From Balanoglossus misakiensis (Eukaryota; Animalia; Hemichordata): 64,000 nucleotides of DNA. The DNA is taken from assembly GCA_040954595.2 (NCBI GenBank), contig CM082589.2, positions 8,752,794 to 8,816,793 on the forward strand, read 5' to 3'. The notes beneath the pieces were generated by a model, which had not been told where the DNA came from, did not search any database, and saw nothing but the letters and a program-made list of their open reading frames with translations. The translations under genes were made by a program, and so were the position numbers. How positions within the stretch are numbered: position 1 is the first letter of the stretch; each line of letters starts with the position of its first letter. Positions 41,221 to 48,994 of this stretch are shown here, piece by piece.

Positions 41221-41409
41221 ACACATTAAAGGATTTCCCATTTACAATACTCAAACAGGGGTAAAGACCCCTATAAGGTTGTAATCTACCATGGGGTCCT
41301 ACTACAAAGTATATAAATAAAAAGTTTAAAACAGAAAAATACAAATAGTAAAAATAAAAATTGTAAAAGTGGTGACTACAAGTAGAAGTTTCTAAAACCG
41401 TGAGGTCGT

Positions 41410-44283
41410 CTATCTGCTTAAATTGGTTCTGATATAAGAGTTCAACTGAGATTTGAAGTTATTTATGTTGGTACTGCATCTAACAATGTCAGGTAGAGAA
41501 TTCCAAGCTCTAGCTGCACGCATAGCAAAAGTTCTTTGACCTGTTTCTGTTCGAAATCGAGGCAATAATAATTTGCGAGTTGAGGCTCCTCGAGTCTGGT
41601 AAGCATGGGCGTCATTCAGTTTTACAATTTTTTCGATAAGATAGCTTGGAGCAGTATTGTTGAAACATTTGTACACCATAATACAAGTAAAGTAAAAAAT
41701 ACGTTGTCTAACGGATAGCACATCGAATCTTTCAAAAAGTACATCAGTTGGGGTATCAAAATCAGCATTAAGTATTACTCTTAAGGCACGCTTCTGCATT
41801 TTATAAACCTTATCTATATTTTTAGAAGTCGTATTTCCCCACACAATAGAGCAGTAGTCAATGACAGATTGAATCAAACCGTAATATAAAACTTTTCTGA
41901 GGTGTAAAGGTATGAATTTACAAAGGCGCCTAAGTAGTCCAACTCTCCGACTCAAAGTAAGACACAAATTATCAATATGTTTATCCCATGAAATAGAATT
42001 GTCTAAGATTAAACCCAGTATCTTTTCAGAGGTGACACATGAAATTCGTTTGTCATTTATGGAGATGTCCAATTGTTCACCGGAAATGTCAAAGTATTTT
42101 ATTTTTTGACGAGATCCGACTAACATAGCTTTCGTTTTGCCCTCATTTATGATCATTCCATTACTTCGAATCCAGTTACTTGACAACATTACATCATTTT
42201 GAAGGGAATCATTTACATGTGAAACAGAAAATCCTGAGGTAAGAAGGGTTTGATCATCAGCGTACATATCAAGTTGCGAGTTATACAAAGTAAATGGTAA
42301 ATCATTGATAAAAATAGTAAACAGTAGTGGTCCCAACAAAGATCCCTGAGGCACACCTACAGTCACCTTTTGAACATTCGAAATTTTACCCATGTAAGTA
42401 ACTACTTGAGAACGATTTGATAAAAACGATTGAAACCAGTTTAACCCATTAATTTCTAGACCATATAAAGACAATTTTTTAAGAAGTACTTGATGATCAA
42501 CTAAATCAAAAGCTTTTGACAAATCCAAGAAGAGAATACCAGAGATTAGACCATTGTCAACATTTTCTAATAATTCATCACACATTCTTATTAATGCTGT
42601 TTGACAGGAGTGGTGTCTTCTGAAACCAGATTGAGTTCTATGAAGCAAATCCTTTCTAGACAAAAACTCGTAAAAACTACAATGTACATGACTTTCAATA
42701 ACTTTGGAAATAGCAGGTAAGATTGAAATCGGTCTGTAATTGGACATTTCGGTAACGCAGCCAGATCCTTTGTAAATAGGAACAACTCTTGCACATTTTA
42801 AAATATCAGGGACGACTGCACTATTAATACTTAAATTCAACACCTTTGTCAAAGAATCAGAAATTACCGAAGCACCTATGCGCAGCAGTTTTGCGCTAAC
42901 ATTATCGGTGCCTGTAGATTTACAATCAGATAAAGCTTTCTTTACAAAGTCAACAGAAAGAGTAGGAATAACGAAAGAGGATCCGTCAAGTTTCTCATTG
43001 AGATACTCTGTCAAAATAGAAAAGTCGAGATTGTTATCGACAGAAACGTTGAGTTTTTTAGGAATGCTACAGAAATAATTATTAAAAGCATTAGCAAGCA
43101 CAGTAGAATCAGTGATAAGAGTGCCATCCACCTCCATCGGAGTATGTTTTTGATCTCTGGGTTTCGTGAGATTATTGTAAATGTTCCAGACGGCCTTACA
43201 ATTTGAACCATTACTGTTTAGCTCATTGATAAAGTAGTCCTTTTTAGCTTTGCCGATCAGATGGACAACTTTATTTCTTGCAAGTCTATAAGGACCCAGC
43301 TTAGTAATGTCCCCTTTGGCATGTTTTAACAGGGAATCTCTCTCATGCATAGCATTCAAAATGTGCTGATTCATCCATGCTGGCTGTTTTCTTTGTTTGA
43401 CACGCTTTTCAATATAAGGAGCATGTATATTGCAAATCTTATTGAAAATAGTAACCCAAAGTCTGGTAGCAACATTTACATTACTCGTCAGATTAATAAG
43501 AGACCATGGCGCATGTGCCAGGTCATAGATAAATGAGTCTTGCTTAAAATGCGTCAGTGTGCGAAATTTAACAGACAAATGAGATGAGACACGTGTAACA
43601 TTAGAATTCCTTTTGCGAACGCATATAATAGGGTAGTGATCAGACATACCAATCTGAGGAATTTGAACGTTGGCAATATTTTCATTGTTTGAGACATAGA
43701 TGTGGTCAATACAAGTTTTTGAAACTGGCCTGGTTGTCTCAGAGATTATTTGGTCTAAGTTCATATCACGTAAAGATTGATAAATGTAGTGATTAAGACC
43801 ATCGGGAGCGAACAAGTCAATATTGAAATCGCCCAAGATAATAAGCTCTTTACCCGTGTAGAAACCTTTTTCCAAATTGGATTCAATCTGTACATCAAAA
43901 TCATGAGAAGTATTTGGAGGTCTGTAAACACCAGCTATTAAAAAAGAACTACTCTTGGGGGGTTTGATTTCCAACCACATTATTTCTAGATTGTCAGATT
44001 CTAAATCATATCTTCTCGTGTAAATAATATCGAGTTGAATATAGGCCAATAAACCACCACCTCGCTTACCAACTCTATCTTTTCTTTCACATACATGTCC
44101 CGGAAAAGTAAAAGTGTCCGTTAAAACAGCTGAAGTAAGAAATGTTTCAGCTAAAAACAGTACATCGGTGGTTATTCTAGCATCCGAGTTAATGTAATAA
44201 GCAATCTGATCTATTTTGTTCGATAAATGCTGAATGTTCCAGTAGCCAAACCTCTGTCCTTTGTTCCTTGATTTACTTGCCAT
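41410..44283 (-). CDS. LINE ORF2p: APE endonuclease plus reverse transcriptase (957 aa)
   Basis: APE motifs WNIQ, LAETFL, YRPP, GDFN, IDHIY, SDH. RT motifs NYRPISILP, QSGFR, FLDLSKAFD, GVPQGSLLGP, YADD, LGL. CR1/L2-type C-terminus RTFAMRAARAWNSLP. Confidence 0.97.
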   Translation of the reverse strand: MASKSRNKGQRFGYWNIQHLSNKIDQIAYYINSDARITTDVLFLAETFLTSAVLTDTFTFPGHVCERKDRVGKRGGGLLAYIQLDIIYTRRYDLESDNLEIMWLEIKPPKSSSFLIAGVYRPPNTSHDFDVQIESNLEKGFYTGKELIILGDFNIDLFAPDGLNHYIYQSLRDMNLDQIISETTRPVSKTCIDHIYVSNNENIANVQIPQIGMSDHYPIICVRKRNSNVTRVSSHLSVKFRTLTHFKQDSFIYDLAHAPWSLINLTSNVNVATRLWVTIFNKICNIHAPYIEKRVKQRKQPAWMNQHILNAMHERDSLLKHAKGDITKLGPYRLARNKVVHLIGKAKKDYFINELNSNGSNCKAVWNIYNNLTKPRDQKHTPMEVDGTLITDSTVLANAFNNYFCSIPKKLNVSVDNNLDFSILTEYLNEKLDGSSFVIPTLSVDFVKKALSDCKSTGTDNVSAKLLRIGASVISDSLTKVLNLSINSAVVPDILKCARVVPIYKGSGCVTEMSNYRPISILPAISKVIESHVHCSFYEFLSRKDLLHRTQSGFRRHHSCQTALIRMCDELLENVDNGLISGILFLDLSKAFDLVDHQVLLKKLSLYGLEINGLNWFQSFLSNRSQVVTYMGKISNVQKVTVGVPQGSLLGPLLFTIFINDLPFTLYNSQLDMYADDQTLLTSGFSVSHVNDSLQNDVMLSSNWIRSNGMIINEGKTKAMLVGSRQKIKYFDISGEQLDISINDKRISCVTSEKILGLILDNSISWDKHIDNLCLTLSRRVGLLRRLCKFIPLHLRKVLYYGLIQSVIDYCSIVWGNTTSKNIDKVYKMQKRALRVILNADFDTPTDVLFERFDVLSVRQRIFYFTCIMVYKCFNNTAPSYLIEKIVKLNDAHAYQTRGASTRKLLLPRFRTETGQRTFAMRAARAWNSLPDIVRCSTNINNFKSQLNSYIRTNLSR

Positions 44284-44331
44284 CTCCGTGTCAGAAACAG
44301 TGCTTGCGGCATTATCTTCCTCGCCGGCGAT

Positions 44332-46035
44332 CTAACGTTGTCCTCGAGAATACGTGTAGTTGCAGAGCTGTGCCTTGTGTCCCCACTCTCCACATGTCCA
44401 ACACTGCAAAGCTGTACCATGCCTGCATACTCTTTGAATGTGCCCAGTTTCACCACAGTAGTAGCAGCTCACAGCAGGTCGGCGGTGCAACTGGCTTCGA
44501 CGACCACGGTTCTCAGAAAACCGAGAAGGATTAAAGTTCATGTTCCTAGTTTCGCGACGGCCATACATCATTACTGGCCGTTGGACTGGCGTTTTTCTTT
44601 TCGTGTAGCAGTAGTTAGTAAGCTTTGCATTTTCAAGTAGTTTGTCGCAGCCTGTGAAGGTTAAATGTACTCCGTCACGAAGGAGTAATGATGAGTCGAC
44701 AGAGCCATCGCGTAGTCGAAATTGTACATCGTTATCAACAAATACAGCACGAGATTCAACATCTCTGCACTTAATTGCAAGTTCGCGATTAATTTGGTCA
44801 ATTTTCGGTAGCAGGTCAGGATCAGACGGGTCTATCCTAGGACAGATACTGAGAACTGTAATGTTACCTGTGGTCATCTTCTTTGCTTGTTCAAGTAGCT
44901 GGCTGTAGTCATCTAGTACTGCTTCCTTCGATTTGTTGGTGGAGCTGCAGTCGTTCCCGCCAATTTCAAGAATCATCTCCTTAAAAGGATTATCGCATGA
45001 ATATTCAGTAGCGATAAAATGCGACAGATGTGAAATTGTAGCACCTGGCAGGGTCTTTACAACAAGTTCGCTGGATTTTCTCGAGAAATTGCGTAATAGC
45101 GAGTCCCCAATGAAGAGAATCTTCTTGCCATTGTTATGGAGATCATTGGCTTTGTCAGTTGGTGATGGACCCGGTACAGGTGGCCGTGTAGAAGGCGATT
45201 GGTTTGCATTCATAGATTGACAGCTTGTGTGTTGTAAAGCTTGGCCAGGGGTCGCATCATTGGTTACATTGACCGTATGTTGAGTCTTGCGCAAATCTTC
45301 AAGTTGTTTCATCAGTACTTTACATTCAGTTTCCAAATCACGACATTTCGCTTGCAAATGTTCATTCTCAGAAGTTTTGACCGTAAGCTGGGAAATCAGG
45401 TCTGCATTAACCGCTTGGAGGGATGAAAGTTCGACACGAATTTTTGACTGATCATTGACCATTTGTTCAAGAGTACTTTTTACATCCTTTACTACATTTG
45501 TCAGAAGTCGGCAATCAGGGCAGGGCCAGAAATATCTTTGAGTTTCCTCATCAGTAGTATTTACGCACTCTAGGTGATACCAAATAAAACACAGACTGCA
45601 TCTCACCATTTCATTTTCGTTTTTTCGACCGTGTTTGCAGTTGGGAGTGCATAAAGCAGCAGATTGGCTGGTCACCTTGCGTTTCCCAGGTTTTGAGGCC
45701 TTTTTGTTGCGGTTGTCAGTTGAAGCAGGCAACGTTGAAGTTGATTGAGTATCGTTGACCAGTTTAACGGCTGTTTCATGTTCAAGATCATTTAGTCTAC
45801 TCTTCGCGCGGTTATTGAGCGCATTCCCAATGTAATGGCACTTGGATTTAATTACGTCGGGCGAGAGGTCAGGCAGTAGACTTTGCATTTCTTCTTCCAT
45901 TCTCTTGACATATGGCCATTTGCAGAAATTTTTTAGCTCAAGCGTATTTAGTTCAAGGATTTCTGCAATGTAAGCTTGCTTCAGAGTATTTTCAATCTCC
46001 AAGACGTCGGCTGAACTCACGGAGCTTGCTGCCAT
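44332..46035 (-). CDS. LINE ORF1p: PHD finger, coiled coil, SGNH/GDSL esterase, two CCHC zinc knuckles
   Basis: First ATG at 46035 (the ORF track starts at a TTG at 46044). PHD: C..C..CSLC..WYH.EC..WPCPDC, followed by a heptad-rich helix. SGNH blocks FIGDS, PGAT, GGND, DGVH. Knuckles CYYCGETGHIQRVC and CWTCGEWGHKAQLC. Confidence 0.93.
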   Translation of the reverse strand: MAASSVSSADVLEIENTLKQAYIAEILELNTLELKNFCKWPYVKRMEEEMQSLLPDLSPDVIKSKCHYIGNALNNRAKSRLNDLEHETAVKLVNDTQSTSTLPASTDNRNKKASKPGKRKVTSQSAALCTPNCKHGRKNENEMVRCSLCFIWYHLECVNTTDEETQRYFWPCPDCRLLTNVVKDVKSTLEQMVNDQSKIRVELSSLQAVNADLISQLTVKTSENEHLQAKCRDLETECKVLMKQLEDLRKTQHTVNVTNDATPGQALQHTSCQSMNANQSPSTRPPVPGPSPTDKANDLHNNGKKILFIGDSLLRNFSRKSSELVVKTLPGATISHLSHFIATEYSCDNPFKEMILEIGGNDCSSTNKSKEAVLDDYSQLLEQAKKMTTGNITVLSICPRIDPSDPDLLPKIDQINRELAIKCRDVESRAVFVDNDVQFRLRDGSVDSSLLLRDGVHLTFTGCDKLLENAKLTNYCYTKRKTPVQRPVMMYGRRETRNMNFNPSRFSENRGRRSQLHRRPAVSCYYCGETGHIQRVCRHGTALQCWTCGEWGHKAQLCNYTYSRGQR

Positions 46036-46292
46036 TATCGACAATGTTCAGAAACCAGAAAACAATGGCGTAGTACAGAACACGCAGAACGAGTCCGAGT
46101 CAACGCACGCAGATAAAATCTTCCAGTTTCCGATAAAATAAATAAAAATGTATAAAATGTCACCTTAGAGAGGGTCTTGAGATGGTTATACCGATGTTGG
46201 TACAGTGTTAGTGATAAAATACTGTCAGTAGAAGTAAAAAATGGTGAAAATTCCTGGAGAGACGACACACACGTTGTTCACTCCTCAGTGCC

Positions 46293-47429
46293 GGCACAAA
46301 CAGTCTCAGGAAGTAAGCTTTCAGCCTACCAATGTAGCTATTTTATTTTCCACTTTTTGTAAGTGAAGCCTGACTGTCGCCTGTCTTAGGTCAACACTTC
46401 ATAAGCGGTCTTACACGTCATTGGCACAAACAGTCTCAGGAAGTAAGCTTTCAGCCTACCAATGTAGCTATTATATTTTCCACTTTTTGTAAGTGAAGCC
46501 TGACTGTCGCCTGTCTTAGGTCACCACTTCATAAGCGGTCTTACCCGTCATTGGCACAAACAGTCTCAGGAAGTAAGCTTTCAGCCTACCAATGTAGCTA
46601 TTGTATTTTTCACTTTTTGTAAGTGAAGCCTGACTGTCGCCTGTCTTAGGTCACCACTTCATAAGCGGTCTTACCCGTCATTGGCACAAACAGTCTCAGG
46701 AAGTAAGCTTTCAGCCTACCAATGTAGCTATTGTATTTTCCACTTTTTGTAAGTGAAGCCTGACTGTCGCCTGTCTTAGGTCACCACTTCATAAGCGGTC
46801 TTACCCGTCATTGGCACAAACAGTCTCAGGAAGTAAGCTTTCAGCCTACCAATGAAGCTATTGTATTTTCCACTTTTTGTAAGTGAAGCCTGACTGTCGC
46901 CTGTCTTAGGTCACCACTTCATAAGCGGTCTTACCCGTCATTGACACAAACAGTCTTAGGAAGTAAGCTTTCAGCCTACCAATGAAGCTATTGTATTTTC
47001 CACTTTTTGTAAGTGAAGCCTGACTGTCGCCTGTCTTAGGTCACCACTTCATAAGCGGTCTTACCCGTCATTGGCACAAACAGTCTCAGGAAGTAAGCTG
47101 TCAGCCTACCAATGTAGCTATTGTATTTTCCACTTTTTGTAAGTGAAGCCTGACTGTCGCCTGTCTTAGGTCACCACTTCATAAGCGGTCTTACCCGTCA
47201 TTGGCACAAACAGTCTCAGGAAGTAAGCTTTCAGCCTACCAATGTAGCTATTGTATTTTCCACTTTTTGTAAGTGAAGCCTGACTGTCGCCTGTCTTAGG
47301 TCACCACTTCATAAGCGGTCTTACCCGTCATTGGCACAAACAGTCTCAGGAAGTAAGCTTTCAGCCTACCAATGTAGCTATTGTATTTTCCACTTTTTGT
47401 AAGTGAAGCCTGACTGTCGCCTGTCTTAG
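46293..47429. repeat. 130-bp satellite array, block 2 (about 9 monomers)
   Basis: Same unit and orientation, in register with block 1. Confidence 0.99.
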
Positions 47430-47772
47430 TAGTCCTGTTTCATAAGTCAGGTCCATGACATATGTACCGACATCTGTGATTGGTCCATCTGGTAATCTTA
47501 GGTCCACTTGCGGCACGCTGATTGGAGGGACCTTATGTGTTAGGTCTTATTATTATGTATTATTCACTAGACCTTGTAGGTTAGGTCTTATTACTATGGA
47601 TTATTCACTTTACAGCGCCCTGATTGGTTAGTGTGTAGGTCTGGTCCTCCAGTGTTCACTGCCTCATTATGCAGGACCTTGTAGGTTAGGTCCTATTAAT
47701 ATGTATTTATTCAATTTTCAGCTTCCTGATTGGTTAATGTGTAGGTCTCCAGTTTTCGCTGCCTCGTTATGC
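47430..47772 (+). repeat. Left inverted arm of the TIR element
   Basis: Reverse complement of the right arm over long stretches, e.g. AGGTCCACTTGCGGCACGCTGATTGGAGGGACCTT, GACCTTGTAGGTTAGGTCTTATTACTATG and GTGTTCACTGCCTCATTAT. Inner boundary approximate. Confidence 0.85.
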
Positions 47773-48507
47773 AAAGTCTTTTGTACTTTCTGAATACAGA
47801 TGTCGTATTCTGTCTGGCATGCTGCCTGCGCGTGGTCGAAGCTCGATCCCAATGTATAAAGAAAGGCACTCATATAATGATTGGATTTCACATTTTCCTT
47901 CACACTATTCATGGCATTTTATGTGATACTGTGAACTAGATACTCGAAATAAAAATTGCCAGGAGAAATTTCGTATTTTATTTCCAGTGGCGGTTTGTTG
48001 AAATGGGCTAGTGTTTTGTTACGTAATGCCTTTCAGCGCATCACTTCGTGTAACACCTGGCTGAATACGAAGTGTGTGCTATTCATTCGAGCAAACCAAA
48101 AATATCTTACAATGGAAATGTTTAGAATAGCATTACTTCTTTCACGAAGCTGCACCGTCATAGTTCAATTTTTATGAAAACAATATACGAATGTATAAAC
48201 GGACAACGTGCTCCTTATCACAACATCTTCGTCAAAACAAATTTACTTTAAAATAGTAAAACAACAATAATAATATTGATGATGAGAAGTAGGAGGGTGA
48301 TTAAAAAAATATACAACTGTTAGCAAAAATGCTTAGATGAGTTAATCAGATTTTCAAAGTCCATCTAAAAATCATTTAATCTTTCCACGGTTTATGTTGG
48401 AGATAGTATCAGTCAGGCAATTTCTCAGAAAATCAATGAATGATCTGCGGACATCCCGAATAATGTGTTACCACAACGCTAGCCAGGAAGCACATGGGAC
48501 ATTTCAC

Positions 48508-48994
48508 AATGAGGCAGTGAACACTGGGGGACCAGACTGACACGTTAACCAATCAGGGAGCTGTATGGTGAATAAATACATATTAATAAGACCTAACCTA
48601 CAAGGTCCTGTATAATGAGGCAGTGAACACATGGGGGACCAGACTGACACGTTAACCAATCAGGGAGCTGTAAAGTGAATAATGCATAGTAATAAGACCT
48701 AACCTACAAGGTCTAATGAATAATACATAGTAATAAGACCTAACCTACAAGGTCCCTCCAATCAGCGTGCCGCAAGTGGACCTTAGAGAAGCGGATAAAC
48801 CAATCAGAACATGCAATACATGTGTATAGGACGTGTAATGTAGGTCATTTTGAAACAGGACTAGTAAGACCTAACACATAAGGTCCCTCCAATCAGCGAG
48901 CCGCAAGTGGACCTTAGAGAAGCGGATAAACCAATCAGAACATGTAATACGTGTGCAAAGGACCTGTAATGTAGGTCATTTTGAAACAGGACTA
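48508..48994 (-). repeat. Right inverted arm, including a 131-bp tandem duplication of the terminus
   Basis: AATGAGGCAGTGAACAC at 48508 and 48614 (106-bp period). The terminal motif occurs at 48851 and 48982 (131-bp period). Confidence 0.85.

Larger units (their letters stand above)
41204..46292 (-). mobile_element. Full-length non-LTR retrotransposon, CR1 group (CR1/L2/Crack-like), about 5.09 kb
   Basis: Two intact ORFs (PHD/esterase ORF1; APE-RT ORF2 with no C-terminal zinc finger), about 250 bp of 5' UTR and a 3' (AAAT)n tail. The satellite stops at ...CCCGTCATT (41203) and resumes at GGCACAAA (46293), so there is no TSD. Confidence 0.95.
47430..48994. mobile_element. Non-autonomous DNA transposon / foldback-like element with long TIRs, 1565 bp
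   Basis: Perfect terminal inverted repeat TAGTCCTGTTTCA (47430-47442) / TGAAACAGGACTA (48982-48994, with a second copy at 48851-48863). Imperfect inverted arms of about 340 bp contain internal sub-repeats and flank an AT-rich core with no transposase ORF. No clean TSD. Confidence 0.85.

Noticed and set aside
46240-46292. Self-cleaving ribozyme at the LINE 5' end (CTGAGGA on the element strand; both LINEs begin with GG)
   Set aside because: No downstream GAAA or stems for a hammerhead, and I could not build an HDV-like pseudoknot by eye. An Infernal search would be needed.
47718-48177. Small ORFs inside the TIR element as transposase remnants
   Set aside because: They are only 64-73 aa, have no recognisable DDE or DNA-binding motif, and one runs into the repeat arm.
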